The translations under genes and the position numbers were made by a program. From contig JAICYC010000002.1 of assembly GCA_025934395.1 (NCBI GenBank), positions 8,420 to 72,419 on the forward strand: a DNA stretch of 64,000 nucleotides, given 5' to 3'. Source of the stretch: Solirubrobacteraceae bacterium. Its GTDB lineage: Bacteria > Actinomycetota > Thermoleophilia > Solirubrobacterales > Solirubrobacteraceae. The notes under the pieces were generated by a model, which saw only the letters and a program-made list of their open reading frames with translations, was not told the origin of the DNA and ran no database searches. Shown here in pieces: positions 42,946 through 52,546 of the stretch (the first letter of the stretch is position 1; every line of letters begins with the position of its first letter).

Positions 42946-44451
42946 TCAGATCTGTGCGAGCTCCGCGGCGATCTCGCTCACCGCGGACTTGGCGTCCCCG
43001 AACAGCATCGAGGTCTTGGGGTCGTAGTAGAGCTCGTTTTCGATGCCCGCGAAGCCGGGGTTCATGGAGCGCTTGATCACGATCACCGAGTGGCTGTCGG
43101 AGACCTCGAGGATCGGCATCCCGTAGATCGGCGATGAGGGCGTGTTCTTGGCAGCGGGGTTGGTGACGTCGTTGGCGCCGATCACGAGCGAGACGTCGGT
43201 GCGCTGGAACTCCGGGTTCGCGTCGTCCATCTCCTTGAGCTGGTCATAGGGGACGTCCGCCTCGGCGAGCAGCACGTTCATGTGGCCGGGCATGCGCCCC
43301 GCGACCGGGTGGATCGCGTAGCTGACGTCGACCTGCCGTTTCTCGAGCTCCTTGGTGAGCTCGCGCACGGCGTGCTGGGCCTGGGCGACCGCCATCCCGT
43401 ATCCGGGCACGATCACGACGCGGCTCGCATACGCGAGTTGGATCGCCGCGTCCTGGGCGCTCGTCGATTTGACGGTCCCGGCGTGCTCGCCGGCGCCCTC
43501 GGCGCCCGCCACCGCACCGCCGCCGCCGAAGCCGCCCGCGATGATCGCGGGGATCGAGCGGTTCATCGCGACCGCCATCAGGTTCGTGAGGATCGATCCG
43601 GAGGCGCCAACGATCATGCCCGCGACGATCAGCGCGGGGTTGTTCAGCGCGATCCCGGTCGCGGCGGCGGACAGGCCCGTGAAGGCGTTCAGCAGCGAGA
43701 TCACCACGGGCATGTCGGCGCCGCCGATCGGCAGCACCACCGCGTTGCCGAGCAGCGCGGCCACGATCAGCATCCCGATGAACAGCAGTTCGGAGTGGGC
43801 ACCGGCGATCAGGTCGATCCCGGCAGCCAGCGCGAGCACGACGAGCAGGCCGTTGACCGCCTGCTGGGCGGACCCCAGCGAGATCGGGCGGCCGGGGATC
43901 ACTTCCTGGAGCTTGCCGAACGCGATGTTCGAGCCCCAGAAGGAGATCGAGCCGACGATCGCGGCGAACACGGAGAAGATGGCCACGTACGTGGGCACGG
44001 CGGCGAAGCCGACCGCGTGGCCGACCGAGATGCTTTCCCCGCCGGCGCCCACGACCTGGTGAACCGTCCGCGAGACCGTGTGTTCCCCGTAGGTGGATCC
44101 GTGGTGGCGGAACTCGACCCACGAGATCAGCGCCACCGCGCCGCCGCCGACGCCGTTGAACAGCGCCACCATCTGCGGCATCGCGGTCATCTTGACGTTG
44201 CGCGCCGCGGGTATGCCGACGGCCGTGCCGAGCGCGATCCCGAGCGCGATCAGACCCCAGTTCCCCTCGCCCCGATCGAGCAGCGTGGCCACCACCGCGA
44301 TCGCCATCCCGACCGCGGCGATGCGGTTGCCCCGCACGGCAGTGGTGGGCCCGGCGAGGCCGCGCAGGCCCTGGATGAAGAGGGCGAACGCGATGATGTA
44401 GAGGACGTAGATGAAGCTTTCGCTCTGCAGGAAGGAGGTGGCGAGGATCAC
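42946..44451 (-). CDS. pntB: NAD(P) transhydrogenase subunit beta
   Basis: 501 aa. Membrane N-terminal half and dIII domain (GYGMAVAQAQH, HPVAGRMPGHMNVLLAEA). Confidence 0.95.
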   Translation of the reverse strand: MILATSFLQSESFIYVLYIIAFALFIQGLRGLAGPTTAVRGNRIAAVGMAIAVVATLLDRGEGNWGLIALGIALGTAVGIPAARNVKMTAMPQMVALFNGVGGGAVALISWVEFRHHGSTYGEHTVSRTVHQVVGAGGESISVGHAVGFAAVPTYVAIFSVFAAIVGSISFWGSNIAFGKLQEVIPGRPISLGSAQQAVNGLLVVLALAAGIDLIAGAHSELLFIGMLIVAALLGNAVVLPIGGADMPVVISLLNAFTGLSAAATGIALNNPALIVAGMIVGASGSILTNLMAVAMNRSIPAIIAGGFGGGGAVAGAEGAGEHAGTVKSTSAQDAAIQLAYASRVVIVPGYGMAVAQAQHAVRELTKELEKRQVDVSYAIHPVAGRMPGHMNVLLAEADVPYDQLKEMDDANPEFQRTDVSLVIGANDVTNPAAKNTPSSPIYGMPILEVSDSHSVIVIKRSMNPGFAGIENELYYDPKTSMLFGDAKSAVSEIAAELAQI

Positions 44452-44774
44452 GCGTGCCCCTCCTCGTCCTCGGCCTTCGGCTTCGGCTTGGACTTGAACA
44501 TCTCGAGCATGCGGTCGGTCACGAGGAAGCCGCCGACGATGTTGATCGTCCCGAACGCCACCGCGATCACGAGCAGGATCTTCGAGAGGGCGCCGAGTTC
44601 GGCGAGCCCGAGCAGCAGCAGCCCACCGAGCAGCACGATCCCGTGGATCGCGTTCGTGCCCGACATCAGCGGCGTGTGCAGCGTGTTGGGCACCTTCGAG
44701 ATCACCACGAAGCCGATGAAGCCCGCGAGCACGAGGATCGCGAGGTTGGTGGTGAGCACGCTCGCGAGGATCAC
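44448..44774 (-). CDS. pntAB: NAD(P) transhydrogenase subunit alpha part 2 (membrane)
   Basis: Start chosen at GTG 44774 (GTGA overlap with the pntAA stop), 108 aa. LHTPLMSGTNAIHGIV. Confidence 0.85.
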   Translation of the reverse strand: MILASVLTTNLAILVLAGFIGFVVISKVPNTLHTPLMSGTNAIHGIVLLGGLLLLGLAELGALSKILLVIAVAFGTINIVGGFLVTDRMLEMFKSKPKPKAEDEEGHA

Positions 44775-45904
44775 GCCGCCGCCGCCTCGAGCGCGGCCCT
44801 CGCGCCCTCGTGGACGACCTGACCCTCGCGCACCACGCATGCCCCCTTGACGATCTCGTCCTCGAAGTCGAGCTGCATGCTGCCGTCCTCGGCCACGAAC
44901 AGCTCCAGCAGGGCGAGCACGTTGCGCGCGAACAGCTGCGAGGAGTGCTCCGCCATCGCCGCGGGAAGGTTGAGCGGCGAGACGATCTTCACGTCGTGGC
45001 GCACGACCGTCTGGCCCGGCTCGGTGAGCTCGCAGTTGCCCCCCGCCTCGCCGGCGAGGTCGACGATCACCGACCCCGGCGTCATGCCCTCGACCGCCTC
45101 CGCGGTGACGAGCCGCGGCGCCGGGCGGCCCGGCACGAGCGCGGTCGTGATCACCACGTCGAAGCCCTTGATCGCGTCGGTGAGCGCCTGCTGCTGCTGG
45201 GCGCGCTCCTGCTCGGTCAGCTCGCGTGCATAGCCGCCCTCACCAGCGGCTTCCACGCCGAGGTCGAGCCAGGCGGCGCCGAGCGACTCGACCTGCTCTG
45301 CCACCTCGGGACGCACGTCGTAGCCGGTCGTGCGCGCGCCGAGGCGCTTCGCGGTGGCGAGCGCCTGCAGGCCCGCCACCCCGACCCCCAGCACGAGCAC
45401 CTTCGCGGGCGGGATCGTGCCCGCGGCGGTCATCAGCATCGGGTAGAACCGGCCCATCTCCTCCGCGCCGAGCAGCGCCGCGCGGTAGCCGGCCACGTTG
45501 CTCTGGGAGGACAGCGCGTCCATCGACTGGGCGCGCGTGATGCGGGGGATCGCCTCCATCGCGAACGCGGTGGCGCCCGCGTCGGCGAGCGCGCGCGTGG
45601 TGGTGGAGCTCGTGAGCGGCGCCAGGAAGCCCACCAGCACCGATCCGGACCCGAGCGAGCGGATCTGCTCGGGGTCGGGCGGAGCGATCGTGACGACCAC
45701 GTCGCTGCCCCACACCCGGGCGGGGTCCGCGCTCACCTCCGCTCCCGCGTCGATGAACGCCTCGTCGGTCAACAGCGCGTCCTCGCCCGCGCCGCTCTGG
45801 ACGACGACGTCGAGGCCCTTGGCGCGCAGCTTGCCCACGACCTCCGGCACAAGCGCCACCCTGTGCTCGCCGGCGGCGGTCTCCTTCGGTACTCCGATCC
45901 TCAT
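44771..45904 (-). CDS. pntAA: NAD(P) transhydrogenase subunit alpha part 1 (alanine-dehydrogenase-like dI)
   Basis: Start chosen at ATG 45904 (MRIGVPKETAAGEHRVALVPE); an alternative ATG lies at 45931. LGVGVAGLQA Rossmann motif. Confidence 0.9.
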   Translation of the reverse strand: MRIGVPKETAAGEHRVALVPEVVGKLRAKGLDVVVQSGAGEDALLTDEAFIDAGAEVSADPARVWGSDVVVTIAPPDPEQIRSLGSGSVLVGFLAPLTSSTTTRALADAGATAFAMEAIPRITRAQSMDALSSQSNVAGYRAALLGAEEMGRFYPMLMTAAGTIPPAKVLVLGVGVAGLQALATAKRLGARTTGYDVRPEVAEQVESLGAAWLDLGVEAAGEGGYARELTEQERAQQQQALTDAIKGFDVVITTALVPGRPAPRLVTAEAVEGMTPGSVIVDLAGEAGGNCELTEPGQTVVRHDVKIVSPLNLPAAMAEHSSQLFARNVLALLELFVAEDGSMQLDFEDEIVKGACVVREGQVVHEGARAALEAAAA

Positions 45905-45969
45905 TGAGGTGCGAGAACGTATCCGATCCATGGGATGGGGCGCGGCCCGGTCTGCGAGACTGGCCTTCG

Positions 45970-46584
45970 ATGACCGTCAACCTCACCCGGATCTACACGC
46001 GCCTGGGCGACGGCGGCGAGACGCATCTGGGGGACATGAGCAGGGTGTCCAAGGTGCACCCCCGGGTGGAGGCGTACGGCACCGTTGACGAGCTGAACGC
46101 CGCGGTGGGGGTGGCGCTGTGCACGCCCGGCCTGCCCGCCCGCTTCTCCGAGTGGCTCGCGCGCGTGCAGAACGACCTGCTCGACGTGGGCGCGGACCTG
46201 TCGGTCCCGGAGCAGAGCGAGGCAGACAGGGCGAAGGAGCGCACGCGCCTGCGCGTCACGCCCGACTACACCGCGTGGCTCGAGCAGGCCTGCGACGAGG
46301 TCAACGCCACGCTCGAGCCGCTGCGCTCGTTCGTGATCCCCGGGGGCACGCCTGCTGGGGCCCAGCTGCACGTGTGCCGCACCGTCTGCCGCCGCGCGGA
46401 GCGGCGCACGATCGCGATCGGCCCGGACGCGAGCGGTGAGGCGGTGCGGTACCTGAACCGGCTCTCCGACCTGCTGTTCATCCTCAGCCGCGCGGTCAAC
46501 GCCCAGGCGGAGGGCAGCGGCTCGGCCGAGCCGCTGTGGGCGCCGGGCGCCCACGCCGACTCGGCGAAGCCCGAGGACGGCTGA
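45970..46584 (+). CDS. pduO: PduO-type ATP:cob(I)alamin adenosyltransferase
   Basis: Start at ATG 45970 (MTVNLTRIYTRLGDGGETHL), followed by EAYGTVDELNAAVG and RRAER. 204 aa. Confidence 0.85.
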   Translation: MTVNLTRIYTRLGDGGETHLGDMSRVSKVHPRVEAYGTVDELNAAVGVALCTPGLPARFSEWLARVQNDLLDVGADLSVPEQSEADRAKERTRLRVTPDYTAWLEQACDEVNATLEPLRSFVIPGGTPAGAQLHVCRTVCRRAERRTIAIGPDASGEAVRYLNRLSDLLFILSRAVNAQAEGSGSAEPLWAPGAHADSAKPEDG

Positions 46585-46595
46585 GGGCGGCGCCG

Positions 46596-47306
46596 CTAGG
46601 CCGCGGGCGCGCTCTGCGCGGGAGCGGCGTCCGGCGCGAGTCGGTCCCACAGACGCACGGCGAGCACCGCGAGCGCAGCCCACAGCGTTCCGAGCAGGTA
46701 GCCGCCGAGCACGTCGCTCGGCATGTGCCAGGCGAGCACGACCATGGAGAACCCGACCGCCGCTGCGTAGGAGAGCCCGAGCGCGATCGCAGCGCGCCGC
46801 CACGCGCCCGCGGGGGCGACGAGCACGGCGCACAGCACGAGCACGGTCGCCGCGGTGGCGTGCCCGCTGGGCCACGACGCGCGCCCGAGGTAGGTCCCGC
46901 CCACTGCGTCGTGGGGCAGCGCGAGCGCCGGCTTGAGCTTCTCCGCTGACCACGGCGCGAGCGCGAGCACCGCAGCGACCGCGAGCGCGAGCCGCGCGCG
47001 GCCCCGCGCGAGCGCGGTGAGCACGAGCGCGGTGCCCCACATCACGAACAGCAGCGGTTCGAGCAGGTGCAGCAGGAAGCTTCCGACGGATTCGATCGCG
47101 GGGCGGTTCAGGCGCGTGAGGTCGTGGAGCGCGACCGCGTCTTTCCACTTCACCGCGGCGGACTGGTCGGCTGCGAGCCACACCAGCACGAGCGCGGCGA
47201 GGCATACGACGGCCACGACGAGCGGGCGCCAGAGGCCGGGCACGGGGCGTCGCGGGTCCGGCCTACGCGGCGCGACCCGTGCAGCGGGATAGGTGTGCCC
47301 GTCCAT
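46596..47306 (-). CDS. PAP2-superfamily membrane phosphatase
   Basis: 236 aa, multi-TM. PAP2 motifs KxxxxxxRP-like, WPSGHATAA and WHMPSDVLGG. Confidence 0.8.
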   Translation of the reverse strand: MDGHTYPAARVAPRRPDPRRPVPGLWRPLVVAVVCLAALVLVWLAADQSAAVKWKDAVALHDLTRLNRPAIESVGSFLLHLLEPLLFVMWGTALVLTALARGRARLALAVAAVLALAPWSAEKLKPALALPHDAVGGTYLGRASWPSGHATAATVLVLCAVLVAPAGAWRRAAIALGLSYAAAVGFSMVVLAWHMPSDVLGGYLLGTLWAALAVLAVRLWDRLAPDAAPAQSAPAA

Positions 47307-47351
47307 GGGTGAAGGGTAGAGGCGGCGATAAACGCCGTCGAAAGCTCCTGC

Positions 47352-49025
47352 TCACGGTGGCGCGACCGGCAGCGGCCGTTCGGTCAGGCCGGTGAGCGCC
47401 TGCGCGGTCACCCAAACGGGCGTCTGCGCGCCGGTTGCCGAGTAGCGCACGCTCCCGCCCGGGGTGAGGAGCGTCCGCAGGTAGGCGACCGGCGAGCGGC
47501 TGCCCGCGCGGGTCACGCGCGAGGCGATGCGACCTGCGGCCACGAGCCCCTGGATCGCCCACGCGGTGGACTGCGCGTTGGAAGCGCCGCCGCGCTGCTG
47601 GGGAAAGCCGCCGTCGGGACGCTGGCTGCCCCGCAGGTAGCGCACGCTCGCGCCCAGTGCAGCGGGACGCGTGCCGGCTGCTCTGAGCGCCTGCAGGACC
47701 GCGCCGGTGTCGTCGATGTCGCTGGGCCCGCCGCGCGGGCCGTAGCCGTAGCCGCCGTCGGTGTTGCGCTGGCGCGCGAGCCAGCGCGCCGCCGCTCTCA
47801 CCACGGGATCGTGCTGTGGGCGTCCCGCTGCACGCAGCGCGAGCACAGCGAACGCGGTGATGTTGGTGAGGTGGGCGAAGCTGCCGTCCGATGAGCGGGA
47901 CGCGAGCAGCCGCCCCTCCAGGTCGGCGCCGCCCGCAGCGCCCGGCAGCGTGCCTGCGGGTACGCCGGATGCGCGCAGGGCGAGCATCGTGCGCTCGATG
48001 TCGCCCGCGCCGTGGAGCGAGCCGGCTTCGGCACGCAGCGCGTCCAGCAGCGTGTGGCCTTCACGGAGGAGGCTGAGGGGGCGGCGGCCCGCGGCGGCGA
48101 GCCCGATCGCCGCCCACGCGGTGTACAGCTCGCTGCTCGGTTGGCCCACCGCCGGCCCGAACCCCCCGTCGGCGTTCTGGGCGCCGGCGAGGTAGGCGAG
48201 CTCCGGGGCCGAGGACACGCGCGCTCCCGTCGCGCCGTTGGCGCCCGCGGCCAGGCGGGCGCTGGCGCCCGCCGGGTGCGGGCCTTCGAGCAGCGCGACC
48301 GCGCCGAGCGCGATCGCGGTCGCCGCCGCGCCGGCGCCGAGCCAGCCGAGCGCCACGCTCGCGGGCGTGCGCGCCGTCGCAGCCGCAGGGACGGGCGGGG
48401 CGCGCAGGGCGGCGCCCGCCGGCACCCACGTGACGTCCATCCGCAGGCGCGCGCGCGCGAGGATCCGCGCGAGCTCGGGCCCGAAGGCGAGGCCGAACAG
48501 CAGGCTTGCGACCGTGTCGGTGATGTCGTACGGCAGGCCCTGGCCCGCAACCGCGATCAACGCGGCGCTGCTGTGGCTCGCGCCGAGCGTCCACGTGTAG
48601 ACGTTCATCACCTCCTTGGCGCCGAGCGCGGTGAGCGCGCAGCCGACCCCGAGCCCGACCCGGCCGAGGCGGCCGCGCGTGGGCCCCGCGATCGCTGCAC
48701 CGGCGAGACCGACGAGCCCCCAGGCGGCCATCTGCCACGGCGTGTAGGGACCCTGGCCGAGCATGAAGTTCGATACGAGCATCCCCAGCGCGCCCACGGT
48801 GAACCCGGGGATCGGCCCGAGCGCGTAGCCCGCGACGAACGTGATCGCGGTGATCGGCTTGACGTCGGGAAGGGCCGCGAACGCGTCGCGCCCGAGCGCG
48901 GCGAGCGCGGTCATGACGGCGACCACGGCGACCATCCGCGCGGACGGGCGCCTGCGCTCGTAGGCCAGCCAGCCCGTGCCGAGCACGACCGCGACGACCG
49001 CGAACGAGGCCAGCGGCCAGCTCAC
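47352..49025 (-). CDS. ECF-transporter S-component-like membrane module fused, via an extra TM helix, to a prenyltransferase/terpene-cyclase-like alpha/alpha-toroid repeat domain
   Basis: Start chosen at GTG 49025 (GTGA overlap with the ATPase stop), 557 aa. The N-terminal ~200 aa have 6 hydrophobic helices (KPITAITFVAGYALGPIPGFTVG, GQGPYTPWQMAAWG). Then an Ala/Pro linker and a 7th TM (VALGWLGAGAAATAIALGAVALL). Then repeats NADGGFG, SSDGSFA, NTDGGYGYG and RPDGGFP, each followed by ..A(W/F)A(I/V)..L.AAG. Confidence 0.75.
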   Translation of the reverse strand: MSWPLASFAVVAVVLGTGWLAYERRRPSARMVAVVAVMTALAALGRDAFAALPDVKPITAITFVAGYALGPIPGFTVGALGMLVSNFMLGQGPYTPWQMAAWGLVGLAGAAIAGPTRGRLGRVGLGVGCALTALGAKEVMNVYTWTLGASHSSAALIAVAGQGLPYDITDTVASLLFGLAFGPELARILARARLRMDVTWVPAGAALRAPPVPAAATARTPASVALGWLGAGAAATAIALGAVALLEGPHPAGASARLAAGANGATGARVSSAPELAYLAGAQNADGGFGPAVGQPSSELYTAWAAIGLAAAGRRPLSLLREGHTLLDALRAEAGSLHGAGDIERTMLALRASGVPAGTLPGAAGGADLEGRLLASRSSDGSFAHLTNITAFAVLALRAAGRPQHDPVVRAAARWLARQRNTDGGYGYGPRGGPSDIDDTGAVLQALRAAGTRPAALGASVRYLRGSQRPDGGFPQQRGGASNAQSTAWAIQGLVAAGRIASRVTRAGSRSPVAYLRTLLTPGGSVRYSATGAQTPVWVTAQALTGLTERPLPVAPP

Positions 49026-50671
49026 GTGGGCGCTCCGGTGATCAGCGGATCCTGCGCGCGCGGGCGGCGGCGCGCCAGCACCTCCGCGCCCTCCTCCGGC
49101 AGCAGCGCGCCGCCCGCTCCGCCGAGGATGCGCGCGGTCTCGGTGGCGAAGTACCAGCCTCCCGCGAGCAGCTCGGCGGAGCTCCCGTCGGCGATCACGC
49201 GACCGTCGGCGAGGAGCACCGCGCGTGCGGCGCATGCTGCGGCGAACTCCGGGTCGTGCGTTGCGACGATCACGGCGGTGCCGGCGCGCGCGCGGGCGCG
49301 CAGCTCCGTGGCGAGCGCGGCCTTGGCGGCGCGATCCATTCCCCGCGTGGGCTCGTCGAGCGCGAGCAGCGCGGGCTCCTCGCCGCCCGTGACGATCGCG
49401 AGCGCGAGACGCTGGCGCTCACCGCCGGAGAGGTCGCGCGGGTTGCGCTCGGCCGCCCACGCCAGCCCGGCCCGCTCGAGCGCCTGCGCGGGTGCCTCCT
49501 CGCCGGCGCGCTCGTGGACGAAGTAGTCGCCGGGATTCTGCAGCAGCAGCGCCACGCGCCCGCCGCTCTCCACGCGCCCCCGCGTCGGCGCCAGCAGGCC
49601 GGCCGCGTGACGCAGGAGCGTCGACTTGCCCGCGCCGTTGCGGCCCATCAGCGCGATCGTCTCGCCGGGGGCGACGGCGAGGTCGACGCCGCGCAGGATC
49701 GCGGGGCCGTCGCGCAGCTCGTGCCACACGCCGCGAACACGCAGCGCGAGCGGCGCGTGCCCACGGCGACCGCGCGGGCGTGTGCGCGGTGGCGCTGCGC
49801 CCGCGCCCGCGGACCCGCTAGCGGGCGTGCCGGGGTCGCCGAGCAGGCCCGCGCGGCGCAGCGCGCTGCGCGCCTGGCGCACGCCGGCGGGGACCTCGGG
49901 CACGCCGGCGAGCTCGAACAGCCTCGCAGCGGGGGTCTGCAGCGACGGCGCCGCCTCCGCTGCCCACCGCAGGAACGCGGCGGGGTCGCCGTCGCATGCC
50001 ACGCGCCCGCGCTCGAGCGCGATCACGCGGTCGGCGGCAGAGAGCACGCGCTCGAGGCGGTGCTCGGAGATCACCACCGCTATCTCCCACTCTTGGTTGA
50101 GCCGGCGCAGGAGGCCGATCAGCTCGTCGCCGGCGACGGGGTCGAGCTGGGAGGTGGGCTCGTCGAGCAGCACCACCTGCGGACGCCCCACGAGCGCCGC
50201 GCCGAGCGCGACGCGCTGCTGCTCGCCCCCGGAGAGCTCGTGGGTGCTGCGGTCGAGCAGGCCGTCGATCCCGAGCGCGAGCGCAACCTCCTCGACGCCC
50301 CGGGCGACCGTGGCGGCGCCGTGGCCGCGGCTCTCGAGTCCGAGCGCGAGCTCCGCGCGGACGGTGCTCATCACCAGCTGTGTCTCGGGATCCTGGAACA
50401 GCACCCCTGCGACCTCGCCGAGGCGCGCCGGGCCGTGCTCGCGCGTGTCGAGCCCCGCGAGCGTCACCGATCCGGCGAACGTGCCGCCGTGGAAGTGGGG
50501 AACGAGCGCACAGGCGGCGCGCAGGAGCGTGGACTTGCCGTGGCCCGAGAGCCCCGCGAGCAGACAGAACTCGCCGGGATGGATGTCGAGGTGGACGTCT
50601 TGGAGCGCAGGCTCGGCGGCGCCCGGGTAGCGATACCCGACGCCCCTGAACGACAGCAGAGGCGCGCTCAA
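49022..50671 (-). CDS. fused tandem ECF/ABC ATPase (EcfA-EcfA')
   Basis: Start chosen at TTG 50671 (TTGA overlap with the ecfT stop), 549 aa. Two Walker A motifs (GLSGHGKST, GRNGAGKST), two signatures (LSGGEQQR, LSGGERQR) and two Walker B motifs (LLDEPT, ALDEPT). Confidence 0.9.
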   Translation of the reverse strand: MSAPLLSFRGVGYRYPGAAEPALQDVHLDIHPGEFCLLAGLSGHGKSTLLRAACALVPHFHGGTFAGSVTLAGLDTREHGPARLGEVAGVLFQDPETQLVMSTVRAELALGLESRGHGAATVARGVEEVALALGIDGLLDRSTHELSGGEQQRVALGAALVGRPQVVLLDEPTSQLDPVAGDELIGLLRRLNQEWEIAVVISEHRLERVLSAADRVIALERGRVACDGDPAAFLRWAAEAAPSLQTPAARLFELAGVPEVPAGVRQARSALRRAGLLGDPGTPASGSAGAGAAPPRTRPRGRRGHAPLALRVRGVWHELRDGPAILRGVDLAVAPGETIALMGRNGAGKSTLLRHAAGLLAPTRGRVESGGRVALLLQNPGDYFVHERAGEEAPAQALERAGLAWAAERNPRDLSGGERQRLALAIVTGGEEPALLALDEPTRGMDRAAKAALATELRARARAGTAVIVATHDPEFAAACAARAVLLADGRVIADGSSAELLAGGWYFATETARILGGAGGALLPEEGAEVLARRRPRAQDPLITGAPT

Positions 50672-51573
50672 GGCTCGATCCCCCGGCGATCCGCGAACGG
50701 CAGCACGATCGCGGCGAGCAGCGCCGCCGCGATCGCGACGGTCCCGAGGCCGAAGGCGGCACGGATCTCGGGGTAGGCGTCGAAGCGCGCAGCGCCCCCT
50801 CCTGCCGCCCACGGGGCCCGCGCGAGGATCGACAGCGCGAGCACCGCCACCGCGGAGGCAAGGAACGCGAGATCGTGGCGGGAGAGGGGCGCGCGGCGCC
50901 GCTGCGAGCGGCCCGCGCCCGCGAAGCCGCGCACCTCCAGCGTGGCGGCGACATCGGCGGCGCGGTCCAGCGAGCCGGCGACGACCGCCCGCACGAGCGC
51001 CACGCGCCCGCGGGCCCCTCCCGGCGCGCCGCCGGGCCGCGTGCGCTGCGCCTCCGCCAGGCGCTGCGCGTCGGCGGCGAGCACGGGGATCAGGCGCGTG
51101 GCGAGCGAGGCTGTGAGCGCCGAGCGGAACGAGACCCTGCGCACGAGGCGCAACGTCTCATCGGGGTCGACGGCGAGGCTGGCGAGCGTGGTGACGAGCA
51201 CCACGAGCATCACCTTCAGCGCGATCACCGCGCCGTAGACGACAGCCTCCACCGTGAGGTTGCCCTGTCCGAACGGGCCGAGGTCGCCGAGCCGCGCGAA
51301 CACCGTGAGGCCGTCGCGCGAGACGAGCACGTTGACGAGGACGATCGGCACCCACACGATCGCGGCGAGGCGCAGCGCGCGCAGGAGCGCGCGGCCGACG
51401 CCCGCGCCCGCTCCCGCGGCGAGCACCCCGGCGAACAGCGCTGCGAGCACGACCGGGTGGTAGAGCAGCACGGCGGCCGTGGTGATCGACAGGACCCACG
51501 CCACGCCCACGGTCGCCCGCGCCGCGTGCAGGGGGCTCGCGAGACGCCGGTAGAAGAGGCTCGTGCTGCGCAT
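50668..51573 (-). CDS. ecfT: ECF transporter transmembrane (T) component, CbiQ/EcfT family
   Basis: 301 aa, multi-TM. Coupling-helix-like ALTASLATRLIP...AEAQRTR (Ala-Arg-Gly-type region). Confidence 0.8.
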   Translation of the reverse strand: MRSTSLFYRRLASPLHAARATVGVAWVLSITTAAVLLYHPVVLAALFAGVLAAGAGAGVGRALLRALRLAAIVWVPIVLVNVLVSRDGLTVFARLGDLGPFGQGNLTVEAVVYGAVIALKVMLVVLVTTLASLAVDPDETLRLVRRVSFRSALTASLATRLIPVLAADAQRLAEAQRTRPGGAPGGARGRVALVRAVVAGSLDRAADVAATLEVRGFAGAGRSQRRRAPLSRHDLAFLASAVAVLALSILARAPWAAGGGAARFDAYPEIRAAFGLGTVAIAAALLAAIVLPFADRRGIEP

Positions 51574-51577
51574 CCGG

Positions 51578-52546
51578 TCAGCCTCCCACGACGGGCAGGG
51601 GCCAGGTGCGACCGGCCGCGGCAGCGAGCGCGAAGCGCCCGCCGAGCGCGGCGGCCGTGAACGAGCGAGCTGCGAGGGCGACCCCGGCCGGGTCGGTACC
51701 GGTGACGAGCCACACGGGCGCTTCCCCTTCGCGCATGGTGGCGGCGATCAGCCCGGCGCCCGCTTCGAGCGTGCGCACGACGCGGCCGTCGGCGTCGAGC
51801 AGCACCAGCGCGTGGCCGCCCGCGGCGAAGCGGGCGTAGACGCCGCTCGCGCGCGGGCCGCCGAGCAGCGCCTGCGCAGCCGGTTCGGCCCCGACCGTCG
51901 CGAACGCTGCAACGAGCACGCGCAGGGTGTGCCCGGCAGGGCCGCCCCCTGGCGCCGAGATCGCAGCGGGCACGCCGAGCCGGTGAAGCTCGGCATCGAC
52001 CGCACGGCAGGCGCTGCCGCTCACCGATTCGCATTCGATCCGCACCGGCAGGCGCTTGCCGCCGGTGCCGTTGAGGAACGGCTCGGGGAACGATCCCACC
52101 ACCGCGGGGATGTGCTCGGTCTGGCTCCAGTCGTGCAGATCCCACCACACGTGGTCTCCGGGGTGGAGGTCTGTCTCGGCCGCGCCCTCGGACGCCTCGA
52201 CGCCGTTGACGTAGTAGAACCAGTCCGCCGGCTCGCCGTCTCGGTGTCCGCCCGCGATGCCGTCGATGCTCTGCACGAAGCCCCCCGCGAAGCGCGTCTG
52301 CACGCGCGCGTTGCGCATCAGCAGGCTCATGACCGTTTCCGACCCGGCGACCTTCGGGCTCGTGCTCCCGCGCAGCGTGCCGGTGCCGAAATCGCGTGTG
52401 ACGAGCAGCTTCACGGCGGTGGGAGCGGGGCCCGCGCCGAGGCCACACCCCGCGAGCGCCGGTGCGGCCAGCACGGCGAGCGCGACAGCTGTCGCCGCTC
52501 CGGCGCGCGCGCGCCACATGGCCGGTGTTGTGCGTCCCGGGCTCAC
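51578..52546 (-). CDS. lipoprotein with a DUF4430 (transcobalamin C-terminal-like) domain
   Basis: 322 aa, GTG start. Lipobox LAGC (AAPALAGCG). DUF4430-like block TVMSLLMRNARVQTRFAGGFVQSIDGIAGG....DWFYYVNGVEASEGAAETDLHPGDHVWW. The C-terminal ~170 aa are unassigned. Confidence 0.75.
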   Translation of the reverse strand: MSPGRTTPAMWRARAGAATAVALAVLAAPALAGCGLGAGPAPTAVKLLVTRDFGTGTLRGSTSPKVAGSETVMSLLMRNARVQTRFAGGFVQSIDGIAGGHRDGEPADWFYYVNGVEASEGAAETDLHPGDHVWWDLHDWSQTEHIPAVVGSFPEPFLNGTGGKRLPVRIECESVSGSACRAVDAELHRLGVPAAISAPGGGPAGHTLRVLVAAFATVGAEPAAQALLGGPRASGVYARFAAGGHALVLLDADGRVVRTLEAGAGLIAATMREGEAPVWLVTGTDPAGVALAARSFTAAALGGRFALAAAAGRTWPLPVVGG

